A stretch of 38,868 nucleotides of DNA. Origin: Promethearchaeota archaeon (GTDB taxonomy: Archaea; Asgardarchaeota; Thorarchaeia; Thorarchaeales; Thorarchaeaceae). The position numbers and the translations under genes were made by a program. The stretch is taken from positions 39,207-78,074 of the forward strand of contig JBHLPF010000013.1 in NCBI GenBank assembly GCA_048939765.1. Reading direction: 5' to 3'. Of the stretch, positions 1 to 8,685 are shown in pieces (position 1 is the first letter of the stretch; each line of letters opens with the position of its first letter). The notes beneath the pieces are model-generated. The model saw only the letters and a list, made by a program, of their open reading frames with translations. It was not told the origin of the DNA and searched no databases.

Positions 1-650
1 GCCTCCCTTACAACTGTTCTATCCTCGATGTTGTAATGGAGGGTGCCCCTTGAGATTAGAATCACAAGATAGAGAAATCGTCGAAGAAATTCTTCAAAGT
101 CCTCGTTGAGTATGATGTCATCAACATCTATCTTCTCTCCCACTGGAATGCCCGCTCCAAACTCTTGAGCATCTTCCAGTAGAATTGCATCCTCTGACGG
201 GAATGTATATCCATTTGGCAACGGTGCAATGGTTGGGACTTTTTCTTCAGGCGGTTCCATTCCAAGTTTGTCAATAAATTGCTTAATTCGGACCGATGAA
301 CGATCTAGTGCCGAGTGATCTAGGTGGGCTATTGATACCGGGTGGTGATATACTATCAGACCAGCTAGATCTCTCGCCGATAGAGTCTTTATTTTCGCCA
401 CATATAGCTCGGGAGAGGCGAGGACTCTCGCGAGTTCCTGCACCTTGTCTACTTTGGCTCCCAACACCTCGTTAAGCATCTCATCCATATCGAGCCTTAT
501 GCCAACTTTGGCGGTGAGCTTTTGGAGCTTCCTGTACTCAGGAGTGAGTCTGATTTCAAGCGGATCGACTCTTCCCGAACGGACAGACTCCGCTATTCTG
601 AGGATGTTCTCAGTAAATGTCTTGATTTCGCTCACAGAACTGCACCTCAT
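1..650 (-). CDS. Kleisin/ScpA-like SMC partner (3' end truncated by window edge; not in ORF track)
   Basis: Open frame from ATG 650 (ATGA overlap with the SMC stop) or GTG 635 (GAGGTG RBS 7 nt upstream) to base 1. Translation MRCSSVSEIKTFTENILRIAESVRSGRVDPLEIRLTPEY...EDFEEFLRRFLYLVILISRGTLHYNIEDRTVVRE. The N-terminal DPLEIRL resembles ScpA DPWDIDI, and the C-terminal FLYLVILISRG resembles the kleisin winged-helix FLALLxLxxxG. Confidence 0.7.
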   Translation of the reverse strand, partial: MRCSSVSEIKTFTENILRIAESVRSGRVDPLEIRLTPEYRKLQKLTAKVGIRLDMDEMLNEVLGAKVDKVQELARVLASPELYVAKIKTLSARDLAGLIVYHHPVSIAHLDHSALDRSSVRIKQFIDKLGMEPPEEKVPTIAPLPNGYTFPSEDAILLEDAQEFGAGIPVGEKIDVDDIILNEDFEEFLRRFLYLVILISRGTLHYNIEDRTVVRE

Positions 651-3600
651 TGCCCTGAGAATCTAGGACTCTCCACTATTATCGAGGGATCTGTACCGCC
701 AGGAGAAACAACGCCAAGTCTCTTGTCGGCATGCTTAAGGAGATGTGTACTTTTCGCGGGTGTGAAGAGAATGAATTGACTGCGGCGAGATGCATCATAA
801 AGAAGCTTGCTCACAGACTCTGTGTTTGTCGCATCTAGAAAGATATCTACTTCATCTAATGCATATGTCGGAGCTGGGTTGAATCTCTGTAGAGCCAATA
901 TCAGTGCTATCGCGATCAATGATCTCTCTCCTCCAGACCCCTGACTTATCTCCCCAAACTCGTCGCCCTTTATTCGGGACTTGAACTCCACACCATAGAT
1001 GCCATCTCTAAGTGTCAGGTTGAATTTAGCTCGTCCTGCAAACTCCGCAGTAGCCAAAATCTTGTTCACATTCTTCTCCACTTTGGACAGAGTTGCATTC
1101 ATTCCATTGTGATACTGGTCTCGAATGTGCTTTACAGTAGCCTCTGCTTCGAAGAGTTCAACCTTCAGTGTGTCTACCTGAATCATCAGCTCAGAGAGTC
1201 GCCCTTTCAGTCTGGACTCGGTATGAGCTACGCTCTCAGAAACATCCTCATAGTCGTCAAGGAGGTGCCGAATGCGAAGCAACTCCTGCCTTGCCGTATC
1301 TAGAGGTCTGACTGCATCAGGTCTTATCACCTTTTCAAGTTCCTGTTGAAGTCGCTTCTGCTCCTCTTCCATGTTGCGTAGCTGCTTCTGAGCCTGCAGA
1401 ACAAGAAGTCGACTGTCTTTTATCATAAGATTCAGTTCTATTAGGCGTTCTCCCACACTCCGGAGAATCTCGTTTATTCCACTCAATTCCTCCTTCAACT
1501 TGCTCTCTTTGTCGTTAGACTCCAAGAGACCTAGCTCAAGGGTCTCAATCAATTCGGTTATGGAGGCTGCTTCGCTCTTTGAATTCTTTATCTCTTCTCT
1601 CAGTTCCATAATTCGGCCTGAAAGCATTGCAATGGTTTCATTATGTGCTTTCAAGTCTGCACGTCGGCGATCTTCATCTCGCTCTGTGGCGTGAAGCCCT
1701 CGCTCAACCTTTGAGAGATCTCCCTGGAGTTTCCTCAACCTGAGTCGAATTGCTGACCTCTGCCCTGCAAGCCTGCTCCTCTCGGGTGGTTGTGAGGTGT
1801 CTAGCTTTCTCAGTTCTCTCTGTGCCTTTCCAATCTCTACCTGCAGATCTTTCAACTCGTCGTCGAAGCCTGCGATTTTCTCCTGAACAACTGGGATGCT
1901 ATCCGATAGCTTCTTCCTACGCTCCCATATGCTACTCCAGCGTGTCATATGCCCCTGCAGTTCGAGGACCTTCTCTCTCTCATTCGTTGCTCTCTCGAGT
2001 TTCTCCATCACTTGCGTGACGTTCTTTCTCGTAACAACGAGCTCTCTCTCGATCTTTAGAAGACGCGTCTGAAGAGGGGCTGTAGACACCAATCCTGATG
2101 GTGCCTTCTTTGGATGACTGATTATGCTCCTAGGAGTTACCTCAACGACTGACCCATCACGCGATACCGCCATGAGCCTATCTTTCCTAGCAACTCGTGA
2201 TGCAACTCTGCCAGTGCTGGTTAGGACGATGTCTCCAAATGCCTTTTTCAGAAGCAGTTTCTCATCCTCGTCAAGTGAGAGAATCTCCCATAGCCATCCA
2301 TCAATACCATTTCCAGATGGAAGACTTGGGGTCGATGCCTCCAGCTCGTCGTTAAGCAGGATAATTGGTGATGGTGCTTCCGACTTGTCTCTCAGCTTCA
2401 GAACCAATGCATAATCGGTTGGGTCACTCACAATGAAGGCAAAGGGTAGAGTACCGGTGAATACAGCCTCTACTGCATTTGAGTATTCATCACTCTTCAT
2501 AAGAAGTTCCACAAGCGGTCCATTTACCGAAGTCAGCTTGTGTTCGGCAATAGCGTCCTTTAGGTCCCTTACGGCGCTGGGAATACGTTCTGATGATTCG
2601 GATAACTTAACCCTGATCTCATCAATCTCCTTCTGTAACTGAGAAACCAGACTTGAATTCTGAAATCTCTGTTCATTCAGTGTGGCTATCTCTCTTTCCA
2701 GCTGGCCCTTTCGTCGAGCAAGCTCCTTCTCATCGGTTTCCTCTAAAGCCTTCCATATGTGAGCCCATTTGCTATCGATGCTCTGTAACTCCGCCTCTTC
2801 GTTTTGAAGCCGTTCTTGATGGCTCCTCAGTAGCAGGTCCTTCTTCTCGATATCACTCTGAAGTGCTTTATAGTCAATATACGCCTCAGTGCGAATCGTA
2901 TTCCATTCTTCAAATGCAGAGAGTTCCTGTTCGGTTCTGTCCAGATCTATCTCGATGGATTCAATCTCTGTGCTAATCTCTTTCCGATCCTGAAGATATT
3001 GCTCCTTATTTGCCATTGTCCTCTCGAGTTCATCCTTCGCCGCTTCCTTCTCCCGTTCTGTCTTCTTCAACTCCCTTCCAAGCTGACTAATTTCATCAAC
3101 TACACCTTTGGATTCATCCTCTATCTTCTGCATCCGTCTTCTTTCTTCATCAATACGTGCCTCAATCCCTCCAATTTCTCGTTGAAGTGATTCGAGGCGC
3201 GATTCTACTCCAGAGGCAGCCTCTTGGTTCTCTTCTATTTGGGTTTCTAGTGATTTCTGCTCATCAAGGACGGCTACCAGCCCTGATTCTCTATTTTCGA
3301 TCTCATCTCTTAGCTCTACCAGTTTAGCAAGGATGTCATCAAGAGTTGCCCATTTCACCTCAGTCTCAAGATCCTTCTCCTCTTTTTTGAGGGCCCGCTT
3401 TTTCTCTAATCTCGCAAGGTCATGTTTGAGAAGAGCGAGCTCTCTCTCCACTACCCTTGATTCATCAAGCGCCGCTTGCAGCTTATGCTGGCTATGTGCT
3501 ACCTCTGTTTCTTGGACTGCGATTCGATCTCGTACTTCGTCGAGACCTGTGCCTTCCTCAACCAGACGACGGACCTCGATGGGATTCATCTCACGTAGTG

Positions 3601-4015
3601 CATTGATCCGTTCCTGAGGCATGAATACGAGTGTGTTGTCGATATCAAGGCCCAGCGAGCTGACAAGATTCCTTAATTCCGCAGCTTTTACCCGTTTTCC
3701 ATCTACGTAGGCTTTCGGTATTCCATCGCGGTCAATGCGCCGGAGAAACGAGTGACTGATTCCTCCGTTGTTCACATTCACCTCAACTTCAGCCGAAGTG
3801 GCTCCATGCCTCACGAAGTCGCTCCATTTCGAGTAGCGTTCCTCTCGCTGGTTTGAACCAAGAGCAAACTTGATTGCGTGAAACACTGATGTCTTGCCAG
3901 AGCCGTTTGGTCCAATGATGACTGTAAGCCCAGGATCAAAGCTAACAACTCCCTTGTAAAACGAGAGGAAGTTCTTGAGCCTGACTGAACCAATGTGGAC
4001 CTTGGCCTTGCTCAC
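647..4015 (-). CDS. smc: SMC family ATPase, SMC5/6-related (hinge-type)
   Basis: Walker A GPNGSGKT, Q-loop DNTLVFMPQERI, two long coiled coils around a hinge (VNGPLVELL...AVEAVF...FAFIV), signature GSGGERS, Walker B/D-loop ALDEVDIFLD, C-terminal SQFILFTP. No CxxC zinc hook. GTG start with AGGAGG RBS. Confidence 0.93.
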   Translation of the reverse strand: MSKAKVHIGSVRLKNFLSFYKGVVSFDPGLTVIIGPNGSGKTSVFHAIKFALGSNQREERYSKWSDFVRHGATSAEVEVNVNNGGISHSFLRRIDRDGIPKAYVDGKRVKAAELRNLVSSLGLDIDNTLVFMPQERINALREMNPIEVRRLVEEGTGLDEVRDRIAVQETEVAHSQHKLQAALDESRVVERELALLKHDLARLEKKRALKKEEKDLETEVKWATLDDILAKLVELRDEIENRESGLVAVLDEQKSLETQIEENQEAASGVESRLESLQREIGGIEARIDEERRRMQKIEDESKGVVDEISQLGRELKKTEREKEAAKDELERTMANKEQYLQDRKEISTEIESIEIDLDRTEQELSAFEEWNTIRTEAYIDYKALQSDIEKKDLLLRSHQERLQNEEAELQSIDSKWAHIWKALEETDEKELARRKGQLEREIATLNEQRFQNSSLVSQLQKEIDEIRVKLSESSERIPSAVRDLKDAIAEHKLTSVNGPLVELLMKSDEYSNAVEAVFTGTLPFAFIVSDPTDYALVLKLRDKSEAPSPIILLNDELEASTPSLPSGNGIDGWLWEILSLDEDEKLLLKKAFGDIVLTSTGRVASRVARKDRLMAVSRDGSVVEVTPRSIISHPKKAPSGLVSTAPLQTRLLKIERELVVTRKNVTQVMEKLERATNEREKVLELQGHMTRWSSIWERRKKLSDSIPVVQEKIAGFDDELKDLQVEIGKAQRELRKLDTSQPPERSRLAGQRSAIRLRLRKLQGDLSKVERGLHATERDEDRRRADLKAHNETIAMLSGRIMELREEIKNSKSEAASITELIETLELGLLESNDKESKLKEELSGINEILRSVGERLIELNLMIKDSRLLVLQAQKQLRNMEEEQKRLQQELEKVIRPDAVRPLDTARQELLRIRHLLDDYEDVSESVAHTESRLKGRLSELMIQVDTLKVELFEAEATVKHIRDQYHNGMNATLSKVEKNVNKILATAEFAGRAKFNLTLRDGIYGVEFKSRIKGDEFGEISQGSGGERSLIAIALILALQRFNPAPTYALDEVDIFLDATNTESVSKLLYDASRRSQFILFTPAKSTHLLKHADKRLGVVSPGGTDPSIIVESPRFSGQ

Positions 4016-4028
4016 GCGTTGGTTCCTC

Positions 4029-5093
4029 CTACCTTCCCATTATTCTCCGCAATCTGTCATTGTTCTTTTTTGCCCTCAGTAGTCGAGTCAATCGATCCTC
4101 TGGAGTTCCCTTCATCAAGAATGGATACTCGCTAAGGTATTCAAAGTCCTTTGAAGACAAAGGAAGACTCGAGTTCAGAGCCTCTATGACTCTCTGAGTT
4201 TCTGCGTAGTTGTCGCCGACGGCTAATAGGTAGAGTTGGTCTAAGAAATCATCAGGATACTCGGGTTCGACGGCATCTATGCTTGGCACATGCCCACCTT
4301 GAATTCGGGTCACTAGGTGGTCAAACGCCCTTTTTCTCCCCACTGGAAGAACCCCGCTTTCTGCAATCATCTGTTCTAGCTTCTCTCTGGTAACTTCCTC
4401 TCCAACCTCTTCCAGGGCCAGTTTCACCGCGAGATGCCTAGTTTCAATGAAGCTCCACCCTTCACTGAGTTCTGCAGCATCTGTTGGACTGAGGTTATCT
4501 CTGCCCTTGAACGCCTTTTCAAACAAACGCACTCGGTCATCAAGTGTGGCCTTTTCCGAAACGAATGTATGGTCAAAGCTAGACAAAAGCTCGGCATCCA
4601 TCGCTTGCGGGGACGAAGTTGAAGCTATCAGAAGCACTTCATCTGCGTCCCAACTGACTCTTTCGGACTCGAGTCCGAGTAGAGCTGATTCCCGCGAATG
4701 AGCTGGAGCGATGTATTCAGCTCGGTCAATGTAAAGTATTGAGGGCGCGTTCCTTTTCGCAAACTCGAACCAGAAACTAATCGATTCTCGCACACTGTCA
4801 GACCGTCCAAGGACTCTTTCCAACCTAGGACGCACGATGTTGATTGGAATCTCACGTGATAAGTACTGCACAAATGCCTCGAAATCTGTGCCTACGCTTC
4901 CAATCAATAATACCTTCCCGCCAAATGCAAATCCTTTCTTTCTCAGGTCATCGCTCAGGTTGTCGAAACGTGATATTGATTCGTGAAACATCTTTGCCAT
5001 TTCCAAAATGGAATACTGGCTCAGGCGGTTATTGTCTAGGTCCTCAGGTCTAGTCAGAATGACCGTGTCTGCGTAGATATTGTCTTCTCCCAC
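4029..5093 (-). CDS. Degenerate (inactive) classical-clade AAA ATPase with a C-terminal helical extension
   Basis: AAA-like motifs KVLLIGSVGTDFE (Walker A), FEFAKRNAPSILYIDRAE (Walker B) and VLLIASTSSPQAMDAELLSSFD (SRH), with the catalytic residues replaced. Start reassigned from 5225 to GTG 5093, which has a GGAGAG RBS. The stop lies 13 nt before the smc start. Confidence 0.75.
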   Translation of the reverse strand: MGEDNIYADTVILTRPEDLDNNRLSQYSILEMAKMFHESISRFDNLSDDLRKKGFAFGGKVLLIGSVGTDFEAFVQYLSREIPINIVRPRLERVLGRSDSVRESISFWFEFAKRNAPSILYIDRAEYIAPAHSRESALLGLESERVSWDADEVLLIASTSSPQAMDAELLSSFDHTFVSEKATLDDRVRLFEKAFKGRDNLSPTDAAELSEGWSFIETRHLAVKLALEEVGEEVTREKLEQMIAESGVLPVGRKRAFDHLVTRIQGGHVPSIDAVEPEYPDDFLDQLYLLAVGDNYAETQRVIEALNSSLPLSSKDFEYLSEYPFLMKGTPEDRLTRLLRAKKNNDRLRRIMGR

Positions 5094-5233
5094 AGTATTA
5101 TCTCTCCGGCATGCTTGCGAACCCTGACAACTTCTGCAAATAATGTCTTCGCAGTCGACAAGAATCCGCGCCGTCCTATCGTGCCTATACACAAGGATTA
5201 AGGCACCTCTTGCGTCATCCATCATGATTCATA

Positions 5234-6946
5234 ATGAGCAGTCCGTCAGACATTCTCCGTGACAAGGTCTGGAACGCAATCACAACCGTAGAGAGTAGAG
5301 GTCTTTTCGTTCATTCAACTGATTTGGCTATTCGTTTCAAGGAAAGAGCAAGAACGAGCGACAAGGTATCCACTCGACGGTTGCCTCAGATTGTAGGTGC
5401 GTGTGTTCTTAACACACTGGTGCCCCGTTCTGCAATGCTCCTCGTGGGAGGACATGGTGGAGGTAAAACGACACTGGTGAAGCTCCTCGGAAGGATGATG
5501 ACTGGGAAAAGTCTAGATGAGATTGATGATGGAATGCTTAGAGGGCATCCACAACTAACAGAAGAGAAGATGGTGGCCACTCTTCGTCCTGGCCCACTGA
5601 TGAAGGATGGTGTGGAGGTAGTGGTATGGAGAAACTTCGTCACCGGCTTTTGGAAAATGATTGATGAGGTCAATCGACTGACTCCTCACGCTCAGAACAT
5701 TCTCCTCTCAATGCTCGCTGAGGGTGAGCTGAAATACTACGATGAGGTCAAGAAATGCGAGGAATACTGTCTGTTTGCCACTCTTAATCCCTCAGATGCT
5801 GGAACATTCGAACTGGCTCCTCCCTTCTTGGATAGGTTTGGTGTAGCTGTTCCGATTACGATGCCATCCATCAATGACCTTGAGCTCATTCTCACAACCC
5901 GAGATGAACGGCTATTCGGCTATGATGAGCTCTGGCAAGTTCCTGCAATCCTCAGTGAAGAGGATCTTCTCACTATATGGAATCTGGCTGACAAAGTACC
6001 AGTTTCCGCTAGGGCGTCGGAATATATGCGGTCATTGATCAGGGAGTTTGGCGCCTGCATTCGAACAGACAAGAGTCAGACACACGAGTTGACTGTTGAA
6101 ACTGGGCTCTGCGATGGCTGTCACTTCAATACGGCAAAGAGTGTCTGCAACAAAGTTGTGATTCCTCTTAGCGTGAGAGCCGCCAAGGACCTGAATCGGT
6201 ATGCAAAAGCTGCTGCGTGGTTGGTTGGAGCTGGGGAGGTTGGCGTTGAGATAGTGAAGTCGCTTGCTCCACTTGTCTTCTGGCATAGAACGCGTTTCAC
6301 TGGCGATGAAATGGAGCGAGCTCCGTTCTATGGTGATAGGTTTGCTTTCGCGGAGCATCTCGTAGAGCTGGCATCAACTAGGTTTGCACAAAGAGAGGCT
6401 GCAATCGAGCTCATGGAGAAATTGCGTACTGGGACCGCTCACAAAGACGCTCTTGATGAGCTAAAGGAAATGGGGAAGAGTGATCTCCTCGTCAAGATTG
6501 ACTATATCGACTTCGCAAAGGAGCTCAAAAAGAAACGCTATGTGAAAATGGTTCAGAGTATAGAGAAGGGAGTCAGAGACAAGGATGTGACCAAGCTCAC
6601 TGAAGTTCACTCCGAGCTTATGAAGGACACCGACTTCCCAAACAGAAGTGTCCTACTGAATAGAGTGTCAGAATCTCTACACAGACTAACACTCTCTCAA
6701 TTTAACATCACCTTCGAGCAATGGCAAGAGCTTTGGACTGTCATTAGTCTACGGTATCCTTCCATGACTAGTATCTTGAAGGAAACTCTCACTCCTCCCA
6801 AACGAAAAGTAGTTCGAACAGATGGGTTGACCTTGGTCATCTACGTCACTGGCGATAAGCCTGAATCTTCAGTCTTTCTTGAGATATCTGGAGGAACTGA
6901 TGCGTTAGAATTGAAAAAAGAGATTGAAACAAGCCTTAATGAATAG
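5234..6946 (+). CDS. MoxR-family AAA+ ATPase
   Basis: Walker A GGHGGGKTT, Walker B MIDEVNR, FATLNP, PFLDRF and sensor-2 SVRA; followed directly by a vWA gene. Confidence 0.85.
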   Translation: MSSPSDILRDKVWNAITTVESRGLFVHSTDLAIRFKERARTSDKVSTRRLPQIVGACVLNTLVPRSAMLLVGGHGGGKTTLVKLLGRMMTGKSLDEIDDGMLRGHPQLTEEKMVATLRPGPLMKDGVEVVVWRNFVTGFWKMIDEVNRLTPHAQNILLSMLAEGELKYYDEVKKCEEYCLFATLNPSDAGTFELAPPFLDRFGVAVPITMPSINDLELILTTRDERLFGYDELWQVPAILSEEDLLTIWNLADKVPVSARASEYMRSLIREFGACIRTDKSQTHELTVETGLCDGCHFNTAKSVCNKVVIPLSVRAAKDLNRYAKAAAWLVGAGEVGVEIVKSLAPLVFWHRTRFTGDEMERAPFYGDRFAFAEHLVELASTRFAQREAAIELMEKLRTGTAHKDALDELKEMGKSDLLVKIDYIDFAKELKKKRYVKMVQSIEKGVRDKDVTKLTEVHSELMKDTDFPNRSVLLNRVSESLHRLTLSQFNITFEQWQELWTVISLRYPSMTSILKETLTPPKRKVVRTDGLTLVIYVTGDKPESSVFLEISGGTDALELKKEIETSLNE

Positions 6947-6960
6947 GAGACTGCTGGTAG

Positions 6961-8679
6961 TTGACAGAGGCTCGGGAATTGGGCAGAAGCGATTTATTGA
7001 GTGAGGTCGCACGTCGCGCATGGGAGAGTGCGCTCGCTGACTTCTACCATCCGCCTTTGCCTGATGTCCACGTGGAGCATGTTGCAGATGCTAGCAGCTA
7101 CTTCTACATCGAAACAGATGACTGGACAGTCCATCTGAACACAGCCGGGGTGCCTCCCCATCTTGACATGAATGAGGCTGAGCCATATCTCAGATCCATA
7201 TGCCATCACGAGATTCAGCATTACTTGGTTTGTCCTTACGATACCGTGATGAATGGAATGATGTTTGCAGCAGCTAGACGCCATGTCACCGATGCAACGG
7301 CATTGTTTGTATGTAACCTGTTCGCAGATCTGGTTGTCGATTCTGCCTTGCTTAAGAGGTACACACGTCTCACTCACTCGCGTATCACATCCAACATCTT
7401 TGGTTCTTCCATGATGGGTCAAGCTCATAGCCCGCTGTGGCTCTTGATAGTGTCCTGCTATAGGGCGATGTGGGGGTTTCCGCTTCCGTCAACAGTCGCT
7501 GTAGACAAGGAAACCTACGAGGCTGCTGAGTCGATAGCATGGATTGGCCGAAAGAACATCGATAATGAAAAAAGGTGGCCCAAGGCGGTAGAGGAGATTG
7601 CGAAGATTGTGGCTCAATGGCAGCCCGATATTGATGAAACTCTTGCAGGTTGCGATGGAGCTGCTGAGCCTGGTGAAGGCCAGGTCACAGGATCTGTCTT
7701 CGTCCCGCTTGATGTAGATGCGGTGATGGGCAACCCTATCGAGATTCGGAATGGTGACCGTGCAAAGCGATGTATGAGAGATGCTGAAGACGAGGATCTT
7801 GAGAAGGAAATGGAGCGGCTAGCGGTTGAGGTTGAACAGAGAGGTGGAGACCTTAGAGACCTGGAAGCTGTCTATCTGGTTGCTGGAATAGGCTCGAAGA
7901 GGAAAGAGTGGATTCGCTTCTGGTATAGGGCAAAGGTCCGCGGTCTCTTGAGATTTGATGTAAGAGAGCAAAAAGTAGCAGGTTCTACGCCGCTGTCCAC
8001 TCAGGTCTGGCGGCTGGGGGATCCCATTGAGGAGCTTGACGTCGTACAGAGCCTGCAGTCGTTCCCTGTCTTGGTGCCTAATCTCTCTACTAGACGATGG
8101 CTCAGGACAGAGATGTACGGAGAGTTTGAATCCCACACACTTCCAGATCTATTGCTTGTGATTGACTCAAGTGGTTCAATGACTTGGTCAATGCGTGGTC
8201 CGAATGTGTCTGGGCCATACCATACTGCATTGGTTTCTGCATTTGCAGCCGTGGATATTGCTCTGCGGAAAGGGAGCCGAGTTGCTGCCATCAACTTCTC
8301 TGATGGAACTCGCATCTGTGACTGGACTAGAGAACGTTCGACAGTTGAGAAAGTGCTACTGGCATATCAAGGTGGGGGCACAGTTGCTCCAATAAAGAAG
8401 GTTTCTGATGCTTGCGATTCTGCAGGCTCTGCGGTCATGGTCCTCCTGATTACAGATGCTGAGATTGCAAACTGGAATCGACTCATCAAGTCGATGGCAA
8501 AGCTGACTCGTCGCGGTCACAAGTATTTCATGTTCCACATCGAGTCACTTGGATACGAGATTGAGGACCAAGCTCTAATCGCTATGGCCAAAGCTGGCGC
8601 CACAGTCATACCCATTGAGTCGGTCAAGGACCTTCCTGGGTTAGTTGTGAGAGAGGTAAGAGGCGTCTATAGGGCATGA
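6961..8679 (+). CDS. vWA-domain protein with an N-terminal HExxH zincin-like domain (MoxR partner)
   Basis: HHEIQH followed by NLFADLVVD at the N-terminus. C-terminal MIDAS motifs IDSSGSM, GGT and LITDAE. GGAGA RBS before the TTG start. Confidence 0.82.
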   Translation: MTEARELGRSDLLSEVARRAWESALADFYHPPLPDVHVEHVADASSYFYIETDDWTVHLNTAGVPPHLDMNEAEPYLRSICHHEIQHYLVCPYDTVMNGMMFAAARRHVTDATALFVCNLFADLVVDSALLKRYTRLTHSRITSNIFGSSMMGQAHSPLWLLIVSCYRAMWGFPLPSTVAVDKETYEAAESIAWIGRKNIDNEKRWPKAVEEIAKIVAQWQPDIDETLAGCDGAAEPGEGQVTGSVFVPLDVDAVMGNPIEIRNGDRAKRCMRDAEDEDLEKEMERLAVEVEQRGGDLRDLEAVYLVAGIGSKRKEWIRFWYRAKVRGLLRFDVREQKVAGSTPLSTQVWRLGDPIEELDVVQSLQSFPVLVPNLSTRRWLRTEMYGEFESHTLPDLLLVIDSSGSMTWSMRGPNVSGPYHTALVSAFAAVDIALRKGSRVAAINFSDGTRICDWTRERSTVEKVLLAYQGGGTVAPIKKVSDACDSAGSAVMVLLITDAEIANWNRLIKSMAKLTRRGHKYFMFHIESLGYEIEDQALIAMAKAGATVIPIESVKDLPGLVVREVRGVYRA

Positions 8680-8685
8680 TGTTTC

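Noticed and set aside
647-4015. Rad50/SbcC (with the metallophosphoesterase at 18341 as Mre11) or a Wadjet JetC defence system
   Set aside because: There is a hinge rather than a CxxC hook, the phosphoesterase is 14 kb away and too short for Mre11, and no JetD/Toprim or MukB-like features are visible in the window.
5094-5225. Cys-rich N-terminal extension (CEDIICRSCQGSQAC) of the AAA-like ORF, which would leave only 8 bp between divergent start codons
   Set aside because: A GTG at 5093 has a good GGAGAG RBS and leaves a normal 140-bp divergent promoter region, so the extension is probably an ORF-caller artefact.
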